Below are positions 13,555 through 27,788 of a stretch of 64,000 nucleotides of DNA, in pieces. The stretch's first letter is position 1, and each line of letters begins with the position of its first letter. The notes below the pieces were generated by a model. It had not been told where the DNA came from, made no database searches, and saw nothing but the letters and a program-made list of their open reading frames with translations. Source of the stretch: Octopus sinensis (lineage: Eukaryota); assembly GCF_006345805.1 (NCBI RefSeq), contig NC_043006.1, positions 82,398,001-82,462,000 on the forward strand, given 5' to 3'. The translations under genes were made by a program, and so were the position numbers.

Positions 13555-16023
13555 GTCCTTCCTTTCTTGATCTCTCCTTGAGAAATCGTAGGGACACTGT
13601 CATGACATGCAGTGTGTCTTGGGCATTTTAAACCTTACAGAGCTCATCCTTTTCCTTATCTAAATACAGTCATTTTCTTTTAGAGAGAAACAAGAATTCA
13701 GCTAATTATATTTCATTTTAGTATTTGGAATTAAGCTAATTAGGCATATTAAAAGAAGGAAAATGAGTTTTACGAAAATCTTTGTTCTGAGGAATTACAG
13801 CCGTGTTTCGTGGTCTGCTACCACAACAGCTCCTTTATAAGATCCAGTTAGCTCAAGACATCATTAGCTACAGACTGAGTTCAAATTCCACTGATGTCAA
13901 CTTTGTCATTTATTTTTTGGGGGTAGGGTAGATATATTCAACTATATCCATCACCAATTTCAGGCCTTGTGCCTTCATTAACACACTGTCATCTTGTGTC
14001 AAAGAGTTGATTAATTAAAAGAATTAGGTAACTAGTTTACACCTTGTTAAATGCTATTAGTACTTGAGATGTTGGTGTATTGCTTGTGGTATTGTTTACC
14101 TCTGTTGTGTTCAGTTTGTTCGCTTTTTACTAATGCTGTGGTTATTGTGCTGTTCAACAAGTAGCAAGGTTTGAAATTTGCGCATGCGCGCGTGCACAAA
14201 CACACATGCAATACAGCACAATACAAGACACACACTAGCCATTGTTAACAAATTCTCATCATTTTCCCCCCTACTTACAAAATAAATTCCATCCTTCTAC
14301 TTTTCCATTTGTTGAGCTACTCAACTTGAGTCTTACTTAAGCAAAACCTGTCATGTATAGAAATAACTGTTTTTCCCTAAGTCAATCCTGATTGAGGAGA
14401 TCTATGATCAACGGCATTCCAGCTGGGACCATCACTCCATCATGTGGCATTTATTCCAGGTCTCTGATTTCAAATCCCACCTAAATCAACTTTGTCCTTG
14501 GATATTGATAAATACAGGGAGTTCTGTTTTTGTCTCTCTCTTTCCAAAATTGTTATTTTGCACTGTGAGAAGGGTTGTAGGAGACTACAGACAGTGTCCC
14601 TTTCTCCCCAAAATTGAACATTTGAGTGAGGGGGCCTAGAGATCACCTCTTATAGAAGAACCGATATGTTCTGGAACCATTAAAAGGGTAGCTGCATGGA
14701 ATTGAAATAAACAAGAAGTAGGGCTACATTATCTAATGTATCCTTATTTAATCCTTTGGGGATTTTTTTACCATATTCTTGCTGAAATACACTGCTTTTG
14801 TTTCAATTAAGCTTGAAAATAAAGAACTAATCAAAATGACTTTGTAATTACTTAGCTGGTGTTTGGAACTGAAATTAGTCTGAAATTTTGTTGGATGGTT
14901 TAAATTTAGATTACTTTAAGACAAAGTTTGTGTTATAAAACTAGGGATAATCTCAAGCAATAGGTATTAAGAAAGTATAATAGTTTTGATTTGTAGGAGC
15001 CTTAGTTGTTGGCTGCTATTTCTAGTAAGTCAGCCACTGCACAGAGGCTCCATCATTGGCTCATAAAGAGGAAGTAGTTGATTGAACACACAAGCAAGCC
15101 ACAAATCCAATACCTCATTCATAGAGCTTTGAGTGCTGTTCGTAGCTGTGGTCCTCTCTTGTCCTTACAGTAGGCTCACTGTCCTAGAATGCAATTATCT
15201 TAAAAATATAGTTGCCATCATCTTGAAAACAGATCGTTGAATGAATTTTGACTGCTTCATTTAAGTCAGAGATCAAACAGCCATCTGAAAGTTCCTTGAT
15301 TGGTTCAATTAATTTATTATCTAAGTTTAATTATGGCTTTATGTATTATAGGATAAAATTCTTAATTTAAGCTTATATTTGCTTTCATTTTTTGGCGGTG
15401 CCCCCCCCCCCTCGCCATTTTATTTAAAAATAAAAATAAAATTTTTTCTTAGTTTTCTTTTGTTTTTGATTTGTTTTATTCAAATACATTTATTATTCGT
15501 TTTTTTACCTTTTCTTTTGTGCGTTTTTTACAAACATTTTGAATATGCCTGATAATAAAAAAAGTTGTTTGGGTAAATTAAGGTTAAGAATAAAATGTAT
15601 TCAGTTGAAATAACTCCCTAAACACACACAGCTTCTATGCACCACAACACAAATATTTCTTCATAAATTCAATATCTTTTTAAAAGGAAATGTTTCTTGT
15701 GAGAATGGGGCTATGAGTGATAAAGAAGTTTGATGGAGAAAAAGGATGTGTTTGTCTTTTTTGTTTGGTAATCCTTATGTTTTTGTGAGTTTTTTTTTTT
15801 GCACTAAATCTTAAGTACAGAGAGCTAAATACGCATGTAAATGATTGAAAATTAATTCTTTTAAAGTAAGAAAATAATTAAAAGTGTTTGTATTTGGTTT
15901 GCAACATTCTTGATATGAACTTGTGCATTGAAACAGATTTTGCTGTCTCTCAGGATGGGTCATCATGCCAATAGCAAAAACATGCACTGGTTTGACATCA
16001 CTTCTTGTTAATTGTCAATTCTA

Positions 16024-16220
16024 AGGTGGCAAGCTGGCAGAATCATTAGCACGCTGGGCAAAATGCTTAGCAGTATTTCATCTGTCTTTACGTGAGGGTG
16101 ACTTTGCCTTTCATCCTTTCAGGGTTGATAAAATAAGTACCAGTTATGCACTGGGGTCGATATAATCAATTTATCCCCTCCTCCGAAATTGCTGGCCTTG
16201 TACCAAAATTTGAAACCAGT
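16024..16220 (+). mobile_element. tRNA-derived SINE ('ggcgagctggcagaa' family)
   Basis: ggtggcaagctggcagaatcattagcacg...ctttgcctttcatcctttcagggttgataaaataagtaccag. Confidence 0.8.
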
Positions 16221-16278
16221 ATTATTTGTCAATTCATTAACATTTATCCAATTAGCTACCTGGTTTTTGGAATAATCA

Positions 16279-16428
16279 TTTGGTCAGTGAATCAATCAGC
16301 TAGGTTTGTCAAATTCCTCTTATTGCCATTTGTGATCTTGGAGTAGAGAAGGTATATCGTTGATTAGGTCAAAGATGACAATGAAAGGACTTTGACAAAC
16401 CTAGCTGATGGGTTGATTGACTGACCAA
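16279..16428. repeat. Imperfect inverted repeat, MITE-like
   Basis: ttggtcagtgaatcaatcagctaggtttgtcaaa pairs with tttgacaaacctagctgatgggttgattgactgaccaa. Confidence 0.7.
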
Positions 16429-16824
16429 TTAAACAATAGATTTGTTAATTGGGTTAAATGCTAACAAATGGACTGATGATAATAAAAGAAGTGAAACAGA
16501 ACTAGTGTGTGTGTTTATTATTGACATAATGACCCTCTCAAGGTACAACAAAATAAATAAAACTTATGCATTTATAAACATGATTTCTGAGCATAAAACT
16601 GTTTCCAGCTACTTATGCATGCTTAGCTTTAGTGTAAAAAAAAAAAAGAAAAGAAAAAACATAAGGACAACCAACATTTTTATTGTTTTGAAATGTTTAT
16701 TACAAGTAAGTATAATGAGTTCTTTGGGTTTATTCCATTAAAACTGCAACTGGTTGTTTGATCTAACACTTTATTCTTTCCATCACCATCACTTCATTGT
16801 CTGTGTTTCTCTTCTTTTACACCA

Positions 16825-17034
16825 CAGTAATCCCTCGTTATAATGTGGTTTATTATTTAAGCTTAAATCAATTTCTCCGTAGCGTTGTTTTGCATTTATA
16901 ATAAAATAAATATATGCAAATTATGAAAATAATTTTTTTAAAAATATACAGTACACTACTGTTTGTACTTTGTGGATTTTTACCTATTGGGGTGGGGGTG
17001 GAACATAACGCCCATGCTAGTTGAGGGATTGGTG
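16825..17034. mobile_element. pogo/Tigger-like MITE
   Basis: Ends cagtaatccctc...gagggattggtg followed by TA. Confidence 0.55.
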
Positions 17035-17937
17035 TATTTTTACATAAACATTCTATGTGCAAGGACATATATTTAGTAGTATAAACAGGATAAACAGAAC
17101 TCAAAACATGTACATGCATACATATATATATATATCATTATCATCATCATCGTTTAACATCTGCTTTCCATGCTAGCATGGGTTGGACTATTTGACTGAG
17201 TACTGGCGAACCAGATAGCTGTATCAGGCTCCAATCTGATCTTGCAGAGTTTCTACAGCTGGATGCCCTTCCTAACGCCAATCACTCCAAGAGTGTAGTT
17301 GGAGCTTTTACGTCCCATCGGCACGAGGGCCAGTCAGGCAGGACTGGCAAAGGCCACGCTCAAATGGTGCTTTTTATGTGCCACTTGCACAGGAGCCAGT
17401 CCAGCAGCACTGGCAACAACCTCGCTCGAATGTTTTTTTACGTGTCACCTGCACAAGTGCTAGTAAGGCAACGCAGGTAATGATCACACCCGAATGGTGT
17501 TTTTAACATGCCATCGGCACAGAGGCCAGCTTGTTGTTCTGGCAGCGATCTCACTCGTATGGTACTCTTAGTGCAGCAGAAATCAGTGACTCAAGGGCCA
17601 AGTGTTTCGTGCATGGCTATGCTCTCAGCTCTTGAGTCACTTCTACCAGTTAAAATATATATATATATAAGTTGTATTTGAAATTAAAATTTAGGTAGGG
17701 GATTTTAAGGTGTAGTTATAGGAATGTCATTGTAGTGTGCCTGCTGAGCATGTTCACTGCTTGCGGCTACCAGGCATCATCTGGGGTAGTGCATCTTCAT
17801 ATATGAATTAGAAGGAACTCGAGGGATATAAACAATATCAAACGCACATATAGAAGGCATGTGTTTTGCTAGTTTGTGGACTTGATGCAAGTTATCCTAC
17901 TTGTCTATGACTTCCAGGCTTTTTAACACCAGGTCCA

Positions 17938-18255
17938 TTGTAGTAAAGACTGTTTGCCAACATAACATGGCAGTCCTGGTTTAGGACTAATGTTGCTGTA
18001 ATTTAGCCCCAGGAGACATCGTCTCCAGCTGGCTATATGATATGATCTGTGTCCTTATATTTTCATACAAGGGCATCTAGCATCCCCACTTGTTTTGAGC
18101 TGAGTGAGGATGCTAGATTCCCTTGTTTGAAAATATAAGGACACAGATCGTGTTGTATAGCCAGCTGGAGACGATGTCTCCTGGGGCTAAATTATAGCAA
18201 CATTAGTCCTAAACCAGGACTGCCATGTTATGTTGGCAAACAATCTTTACTACAA
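17938..18255. repeat. Long inverted repeat (~150-bp arms), possibly Penelope-like terminal repeat derived
   Basis: ttgtagtaaagactgtttgccaac...ctagcatcc pairs with ggatgctag...gttggcaaacaatctttactacaa; outer arms 17834-17874 and 18358-18398. Confidence 0.85.
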
Positions 18256-18732
18256 AGAACTGTTGCTGAATATCTCACGTTGTGAGATTTAAAAATAGTA
18301 ATTTAGCAGGTGCATTGATGAGAATATATTCTCTTACATCTATAAGTACAACTTACTAACTAGCAGAACACATGCCTTGTGTATGTATGTTTGATATTCA
18401 TCATCATCATCATTTAACGTCTGTTGTCCATGCTGGCATGGGTTGGATGGTTTGACCGGGGCTGGAAGGCTGCACCAGACTCTAGTCTGATCTGGCATAG
18501 TTTTCTACAGCTGGATGCCCTTCCTAATGCCAACCACTCCAAGAGTGTAATGAGTGCTTTTAGATGCCATTTGTGTGACATTGTGTGTGTATGTATATAC
18601 ACATATCATCATTGTTTAATGTTTTGACTAGAGCTGGGGAACTGCACCAGACTCCAGTTTGATTTGGCATGGTTTCTATTGCTAAATGCCCTTCTTAGCA
18701 CCAACCACTTTACAGAATGTGCCGGGTACTTT

Positions 18733-18763
<31 letters not shown>

Positions 18764-19377
18764 TTAACATACATATGTCTACACACAAATGGATATGTGA
18801 GAGCACACAGACGTATACAACCACACCCATTTATACATGCCTATGTATTAAGTTTTAATGGTATGGAATGGATGTTATCAGGACAGAACAATGTGTGATT
18901 AAAAGACACTTAGAACCTTCAAAGTTACAATGGCTGTAAAGTTTTTTAATTTCTTGGGTAACCAGTCTCCAGGGCAACTACTCAGTCCATTATTCTACTT
19001 GTTGCATTGCACTCTGGGATACAGCGCATAACCCTGTTTGCTTCATTGCTGCATTCCTTCATTCGATCACTCTGCATGATGTAAGAACTAGGCTCCAGTT
19101 CTGTGGTTTAGTGTTTGCATTTTCCCGAGGCTTGCTGCATGTTTAGTTACAAATGAATTTCATTTTCTTGATTATTTTCTTCTCATAACATTGTCATTTC
19201 ATTTAATGCCTGTCTTTGCATTTTTGAGATCAACTAACAAACCTATAGGAAAGGGGTACCAATACCATCATTATCAGCAGCATTTTATGTGCACTTTCGC
19301 TTGCTAGAATGAGTTGGACAGATTATCACAGTTTGAAACAGTTCTTATTCAGTGTTACTACCCACCTAGACATATTT

Positions 19378-19608
19378 ATTTCTTTACTACCCACAAGGGG
19401 CTAAACACAGAGAGGACAAACAAGGACAGACAAACAGATTAAGTCAATTATATCAAACCCAGTGCGTAACTGGTACTTATTTAATCGAGCCCGAAAGGAT
19501 GAAAGGCAAAGTCGACCTTGGCAGAATTTGAACTCAGAACGTAGCGGCAGACAAAATACCGCTAAGCATTTCGCTCGGCGTGCTAATGATTCTGCCAGCT
19601 CGCCGCCT
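19378..19608 (-). mobile_element. tRNA-derived SINE ('ggcgagctggcagaa' family), full-length young copy
   Basis: Reverse complement reads ggcggcgagctggcagaatcattagcacgccgagcg...cccttgtgggtagtaaagaaata; relatives at 25312-25530(-), 35943-36420(+), 58972-59190(+). Confidence 0.85.
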
Positions 19609-21290
19609 TCTACCTAGACATATTAATGACCATATCATTACCTGGGTTAGACTGATCAATAGGTAGTTATTATTCAGCATTATTACCCATCTAAACATGT
19701 TAAGGTTTCTTGTCTCTACTCGTTAATAATATCAACTCCTCCAACATTATGCAAATATCACAGACAAGCCTGAATATTCTTTTCGCAAGTAGTTGGTTCA
19801 TAGACTAGTTGGGGTGGAGGACAAAATACTTTGTAGTATTTATTAATTGCTAGAAAGGACCCCACATTTCGTTATAGAACTACAATATGCTACCGGTTAT
19901 AGTAAAGGCGTATTAGACAATACTGTGTTAGCAGTGCAATTCTGTCACTTTTTAAAGTGATCTCTACAGATTTTCTTCAGAAACTAGAGCCAGCACCAAA
20001 GGTTACAACTATTTTGGTCCCATAATAAAATACTGTGTCCCTACCAGATGTAAATATGCACATACCAGTTGCTCAGAACATGCTTAACATGTAAAATTGT
20101 ATAGTACTGCTTAATTCAGTGGCTATTTAAGCAATGTATTCGTAGATGGTTAATGGCTTAGATATGGACTGAAAAAAGGGCAAAAACTCTTGAAATATCC
20201 ATATACAGCCATTACTATTTTTCTGTCTTCAATCACATTGTTTACATAGATGTATTTTACTCTTTTATATGTTTCATTCCTTTGACTGCACCCATGCTGG
20301 AGCACCACATTTAGTCAAAGAAACTGACCCCAGGACTTATTCTTTTTAAGCCTGGTGCTTATTCTATTGGTCTCTTTTGCCAAACTGCTAAGTTTTGGGG
20401 GACATAAACGCACTAACATCGATTGTCAAGTCCCTCTGACATTTAAATGGGGATGTAAATAATCATCGTTGTCATCATTATAATTATAGTTCTAAAGTCT
20501 TTTTTTTGTGCAGGTATAGGCTAGAGAAGTTAGTAGTATTACATATTACCATCATTCACCTTGGGAAAGTCATGTTATTAGATCCAGCTTTCTAGATATT
20601 AGTAAAATTTTAAAAAAAAATTTTTTTTTAACATCACTTAAAGCATGAAAGTCTGGCATGAATGCCTTTACCATATTTTGCCTGACCAGAAACTAAACAA
20701 CAACTAGACTATTTGATTACATATGGATGGGTAATAGGCAAAGTTGACTCCATTAGGATCTGAGCTTGTGACCAACAGGGTGAAATATTATAAATATTTA
20801 ATTTTGTATCAGCTTGGTTATCTGTCTTTCTTCATTATATGACATTTGGTATTAAGGAAAAAATAAACCCTGAAGGCTCATAGTATTAGGATGTTAAACA
20901 TTTTCCTTATAAGAGTTGCATTTAGCATCATCCCTTAACAGACTAAACGCTTAAGGCTCAGTAGTTGCATTCTGAATAGGCACAAAGACAGTTTCATATG
21001 AACGAGATGCAGTCATTTGCATTAACACCATTATATAACTGGTATTGATTTTATAAGAATCCAGAAAGGTAGACAGCAGCAAAGTCAGACTTGACAGGAT
21101 TCAGTGTTTGCAGCTGTTTCTGCAAAAGTGAATTTGAAATAATAATGGTTTCTGATTAAGACATGAAGCCAACAGTTTTGAGGGGAGGGACCATTGGTTC
21201 CAGTACTTGAGTGGTATTTTATTTTATCAACCCTCAAAGGAAGAAAAGCAAAGTTGACCCTGGCAGGATTTGAACTCAGAATGTACAGTG

Positions 21291-21665
21291 CATAGGAGTG
21301 GCTGTGTGCTAAGTAGCTTGCTTACTAATCACATGGTCCTGGGTTCAGTCCCGCTGTGTGGCACCTTGGGCAAGTGTCTTCTACTATAGCCTCGGGCTGT
21401 CCAAAGCCATGTGAGTGGATTTGATAGACAGAAACTGGAAGAAGCCCGTCATATATGTATGTGTGTGTCTGTGTTTGTCCCCCCCCCCAACATCGCTTGA
21501 CAACTGATGCTGGTGTGTTTACGTCCCCCATAACTTAGCGGTTCGGTAAAAGGGACCAATAAAATAAGTACTAGGCTTACAAAGAATAAGCTCTGGAGTC
21601 GATTTGCTCGACTAAAGGCAGTGCTCCAGCATGGCCACATTCAAAATGACAAACAAGTAAAAGAA
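21291..21665 (+). mobile_element. CORE-type SINE (OR-like), full length
   Basis: cataggagtggctgtgtg...ggcaccttgggcaagtgtctt (CORE-like)...aacaagtaaaagaa. Confidence 0.85.
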
Positions 21666-24009
21666 TGCCAGAGTAAATATGGTATGGTATTTTTCTCTGG
21701 TGCTCTAACATTATTGCCAGCCCATCATCTTAATAATGCGTATCAGATTTTGGCACAAAGTCAACAATTTTAAGGTGAAGGGGTTAATCAATTACATTAG
21801 TACTTAATTTATTGATCTGTGAAAAGATGTAAGACAGAATTGACCTCAGTGGTATTTGAATTCAAAAACATAAAAAACTAGAAGAAATTCCACTCAACAT
21901 TTTTTTGTGATGCTTTGACATTTCTATCAGTTTACCATCTTTATGATAAAATTAGATGAATGAAACAAAAACTGTTGATAGTCTTGTGTTGATAAATAGT
22001 AAAGATATAAAAATCTGTCATGACCAATGCCAGTGTCACATAACTGGCACGTAAAATACACCCTTTGAATGTTAGGGAATATGCTTGAGAAGTCCTGTCA
22101 AGCCAAGTGAAATTGTAGTCATGGCTGATGCCAGTGTTGCATAAATGGTTCCAATGCCAGTGGCACATAAAAAGCACTCTTCAAACTTTGGGCCTCATGC
22201 AGGCAGTGACAGGTGACCGAGACCTTTGGCAATATACTGTGCTTGAGAAGACCAGTCAAGCCAAATGAGATCATAGTCGTGACCAATGCTGGTGTTTTGT
22301 AGCTGGCACATAAAAGCACCCACTACACTCTTGGAGTGATTGACACTAGGAAGGGCATCCAGCTGTAGAAATCATGCCAAATTAGATAGGAACCTGGTGC
22401 AGCCGACCAGTTTTCAGTCAAACCATCCAACCCATGGCAGCATGGAAAGCAGATGTTAAATGATGATGATAAATTGTCCCATAAAAAAGTTTGGTGAGGA
22501 AAATCGTATTGCTATGAAGAATTCTAACAATTTGGTGGGTTGACAGGGATCAGCTAAATCCTTTGTCAGAGAGAGTGGTGAAATGTTTACTTACTATACT
22601 AAATAAATAGATAAGGAATAGTAAGAGTATTTTTGACCCTGATTTAGTACTTCAAATGTTGCTTAGTCTGTATCATTGTACTTATCCTTTATTGTAGTTG
22701 TCAGTGATGATGATGATGATGATGATGTATTTCCTTTTCATTATTTCTCATCTTTCTTAGTAAGATGTATCAATACTTCCTCTTTTAGCAGTTTTTGTCT
22801 TGGCTTTCATTTCTTCATTTCCATAGAGGACTAATTTAGTTTTTCCTTCTTCAAATATGCATGATGCTGCAAAATGCGAGACCTTCAATGGCAGTTAATA
22901 CCTCATCTTCAATCATTCACAGATGTTAGTTTGAACATAATTACCCTTGGATATAAGTTCTGTACAGTGTCTTGACTTTTATTTGCATGATAATATCAAA
23001 GAGGTATATATAGTTATATGCAGCATTTAATAAAACCCGAAAGTTATTAACTCCTTAATTCTAATATTAAGTAAATGATTTAATCAGAACACACTCAAGG
23101 AATCTTGTATCACAATATTTAAAACTCTTATCAAAATATATAAAATGCCAAATGTTTTCTAACATTTCTTTCTACTCATTAGCTAAAGGTGATGGTATTT
23201 GCTTAATTTAATCTGTATGTGGCACTATGGCTAGACTCACACTTTTAATTTTAACTTACTACAAGAATAATTAAAATTATCTGCTGTCTCTTTGTGTTAC
23301 AGAGGAAACGACCCCTGTAAAACTCTCTTGTTAAGTCTGACATTCATGCAGGATGGTTCTTGTCTAAGGTTAGCATTATATAATTAACATTATACTTGAC
23401 ACAGGTTAATAAAAATATATCAGAAAAAAATTATTGTACATCAAAGAGTAAAATAATAACAGTATATTGGTTTGATTCTATGCTGATCTTATTTCTAATG
23501 AATTACACTGTCTATAGGTTTAATTTTATTTTTAAAATAGGCAAAAATTGATGCTAGGGATTGATAAGGATTGTAGTTAGTTTGTTTTTTTTGCTTCCAA
23601 CAGCTCGATTACTGTTAGAATCTAATTTTCTTCGGGGCTGCTCTATAATCTATCGGGTTAGTGAAATTATTCTTAGGCCTGATCTATATTTAATAACTGT
23701 CTTTGGTTTTTGGAGGATTAATTTCTTGAAAGTTGGCTATCCTTGTAAATATCCAAGTTGCTTGTCACAGTAAGTAAACTCTCCCCTTGGTAAACTATTC
23801 TTTCTTTTCTAGTCTTTGATGAAGTATTTCATATTTTCTCTAATGCTTCTGTGACTATATTTCTGTTGGAATATAGTCACTCTGCTTTTATTTCAGTTAG
23901 TTTTGAAAATAATGAATGTAGTGAAATAACTTTGTCATCAGTAATCGGGTGTTTGAAGAATATTTTCAAATGAAATCTTGGCGCAAGGTTTTACTTTAGA
24001 CCACTTTAA

Positions 24010-24221
24010 CCCTTTGACTACCATATTTCTGTTGAAATACACAACCTTTCTTTTGGTTAATTTTGAAAATAAAACGTTTAGTGAAATAATTTTGTCATTA
24101 TAAATCTGCTGTTTGAAACATAAATTAACATGAAATTTAGACATTTTAATTTAGGCCACTTTAAAACAAGAAATTTGTATCTTAGAACCAGGGACAGTCA
24201 TGATGAGTTGCTATCAAAAGG
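24010..24221. mobile_element. piggyBac-like MITE, second family
   Basis: ttaa|ccctttgactaccatatttctg...ctatcaaaagg; relatives at 26679-26899 and about 14750-14970. Confidence 0.6.
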
Positions 24222-26068
24222 TTTTACCAAAACAACAGCAGGCACAGAATCACATTAGTTATTTTAGAAATTTTCAACTGGAGAGAGAAAAAAAAGTGTT
24301 TAATTTGTAAAATCCATAATATTAGGAAGAACCCAAAACTCAAACATTTGAAGAATAAACTAAACAAAAACAGCATCAACAGATAAGGTAATTGTAAAAA
24401 TCAAAAAAAAAAAAATACTAGAGAACTTAAAAGAAAGAATTTGGTTAACATTTTTTAATATCTCCATCTTATAAATACTTTACTAAGTTCTAGTTAACTG
24501 AAGTCTTTTACTCAGAACTTCTATCAATCTTTAGAATGAACATACATATATTCATCATCATCATCATCATTTAATGTCCGCTTTCCATGCTGGCATGAGT
24601 TGGACGGTTTGACAAGAGCTGGTATGACCAAGGGGCCTCAGCTTGCTCCAATATCTGTTTTGGCATGGTTTCTACAGCTGGATGTCCTTCCTAATGCCAA
24701 CCACTTTACAGAGCGTATTGGGTGCTTTTTACATGGCACCAGTACCTGTATCAATTCTGCTGTGGTAAATGAGTTTTCTTGAGAACAGCAGGACACTGGC
24801 TGTAAAACTTAAAAGAGGTTACTGCATAATTTATGAGTTATCTACTCTTGCAGCATGCAAAAACTGTCTTCTGTTGATAAGTTTTCTTCTCTGTAGGGCA
24901 TTGCTAGCTGCTTACTTCCTCAGATTTTGGTCTTATACATGCAAAGATAGCTTAGGCTTGACAGTTGTATGCTCCATAATCCCTTGTCATGAACTTTTTG
25001 TTCTTGGCATTTATAAATATGCATTCTACAATCAACAATTGAAGTTTTTCTTGTATGCTGTTGGAAATATACCTTCAAATTTTTAAGTAGTTGAATTCAC
25101 CACTGAATTCTTTTCAGATTTCATTTTTTAGGAACAGATGAAATGTTTTAAAATTTGGTTAATTTAGATCTTCTTCCAGCAAAACTCCATGTATGCAAAT
25201 CAAAATAGCCACCTGTGCATCATACTAAATCTATTCACATCATCAAAAGGCATGATGTTGTAAAATTGTTTGAGGTAAATCTCTTGTGTTAAAAACAATA
25301 TATATATTTTTTTCTTTACTACCCACAAGGGGCTAAACACAGAGGGGACAAACAAGGACAGACACACAGCTTATATCGACCCCAGTGCGTAACTGGTACT
25401 TATTTAATTGACCCCAAAAGGATGAAAGGCTAAGTCGACCTTGATGGAATTTGAACTCAGAACGTAACGGCAGACGAAATACGGCTACGCATTTCGCCCA
25501 GCGTGCTAACATTTCTGCCAGCTCGCCACCTGGAGCAAGGTGAATATTACCACTGCAGTGAGTAACAAGTCTATGAAGAGATTTTATCTCAGACAAGTCC
25601 ACAGCATCATGCCTTATAATGGCATGCATACATTTAGTATGATACACAGATGGCTTCTTCAGCAGTATTTTCATCAGGAAAATTTCCTATAGACTTAAGA
25701 AACCAAAAAAAAATTAGTTGTTATATTTGTATCAATATTAGTCCTAGAAGAAATTACATGTGTTTTTAGAATTTTTTTTTTTTGTTCTTTTATTTTGTGC
25801 TTACATATCGGTTGAAATCTGAAATTTTAATATCAGGATGGGACCAGTGCTGAAACTTCACATTCGCGGCAAATTGGACCTACGATTCACACATGAGGAA
25901 TTTTATGTACTGGACAATAAAAGAGCAGCAGAAAGAAATAAGAAAATAAAGTGAGAAAGCAAAGAAAGTGAACACACGTTATACAAAAGAAAATCCCAAA
26001 ACTTTGCTTATACATACATGGTATATACATGAAATGCATATATGATATATACATACACACATATATAC

Positions 26069-26102
<34 letters not shown>

Positions 26103-26678
26103 ATATATATATGATAAATACATAATATATATATATATATATATATATATAGATGATATGTATATGTATATATGAAAAATACATAATATATATGTGCGTG
26201 TGTATATATATATATATTATATATATATATATATATATTGGTTACTTCCAATGAGTTGGTTAAGCTGAAAAGTGACTGTTTTAGTGTATTATTCACTAAC
26301 TTTGAACATCAGTCTAGACATGACTGATTAATTAATAATAATAAGTGTAAAACTAATACTAATCATCATGAAAAATTTTGCATGTTTTTTTTTTTTATCC
26401 CTTGGAAATTTGAGAAATATTTTCAAGTCACCAACATCCTTAAACAAGCCTTTCTTTTTTTTGTTTTTGGGTTTTTTTCCTGGTTCTGGTTAATTTTTAA
26501 AATGTTTCCTTCAATAAAAGATAGAAAAACTTTATTTTGGAACTTTTGTGTGTTATTTCTTTACATCCATTTCATAAAGAGTCGTAAATAGCAGTCTAAA
26601 ATATTTCAATGGTGATAGTTGTAAATGGATTCTTATAAATGTAATTCTTAGGCAAAACCAGTATTATACAGTGTTTAA

Positions 26679-26899
26679 CCCTTTTGTTACCATATTTCTA
26701 TTGAGATACTCTGTCTTTGCTTCAATTAATTTTGAATATAATGAAGAATTTAGTAAAATAACTTTGTCCTTATTAATTGACTTTTGGAACATAGACTGAG
26801 ACTAACATCTGATGGAAGATTTTAATTCAAAACACTCGACAGTGAGATGTTTGTAACACAAAGCAAGGAGCAGTCTTAGATTGGTGAGTATCAAAAAGG
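26679..26899. mobile_element. piggyBac-like MITE, second family
   Basis: ttaa|cccttttgttacc...gtatcaaaaagg|ttaa with TTAA on both sides. Confidence 0.65.
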
Positions 26900-27480
26900 T
26901 TAAAAAGACTGGACCTTTTGAATTGCAAGTAGAATCCATTTGACTAGCCTTCCACACAATTTTCATCTATCCAATTTCATTCACAGGGTTGGGCTATGGT
27001 AAAAGACACTTGTTCAAAATACCACATTATAGGATTGAGCCAAGAACGTTTGTGATTGTGAAGCTAACTTATGAACTATTCAGCCATGCTCTATTCATAT
27101 TGTGCTATATATATATATACATAGATGGATGCATGCATGCAGGAGTTACTGTGTGGTAAGAAGCTTGCTTCCTAACCATTTAGTTCCAGGTTCAGTTCCA
27201 CTGCATGGCACCTTGTGCAAATGTCTTCTACAATAGCTTTGGGCTGACCAAAGCCTTGTGAGTGGATTTGGTAGACAGAAACTAAAAGAAGCCAGTGATG
27301 TGTGTATTTATGTCTCCATGACCAAGTAGTTCAGCAAAACAGACTGATAGAATGAGTATCAGAATTTTAAAAACTGTACTGGGTTTGATTCATTTGGCTA
27401 AAACTCTTCAACGCAGTACTCCAGCCTGGAGACTGAAACAAGTAAACGATAAAAGATTATTTAAATATATATATGTATAT

Positions 27481-27788
27481 TACGGAGATGTACTTGCATA
27501 GCGAGTGACTTGATCTGAGATCGTGTGCTGGAACGAAAACAATTGCAGCGTGGAATGTGTTTATAAGCCAAAAAAACCCGTTAAATTTACTTCAACATTT
27601 AAATTTAATTTGTCGAAATATTTTCATCACTTTGAGACCACGAATACGAAGTTTTATCAGTGAACAGGCCGCAGTCTCAAAGCGACGAAAATATTTTGAC
27701 AAATTAAATTTAAATGTTGAAGTGAATCTAACGGTTTTTGTGTGTTTCTTAAATAGCTTATAAACACCTTCCACACTGCAATTGTTTA
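27481..27788. mobile_element. Fold-back element (hairpin about 27537-27788)
   Basis: aaacaattgcagcgtggaa...ctttgagac pairs with gtctcaaag...ttccacactgcaattgttt; flanked by TA-rich runs. Confidence 0.8.
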
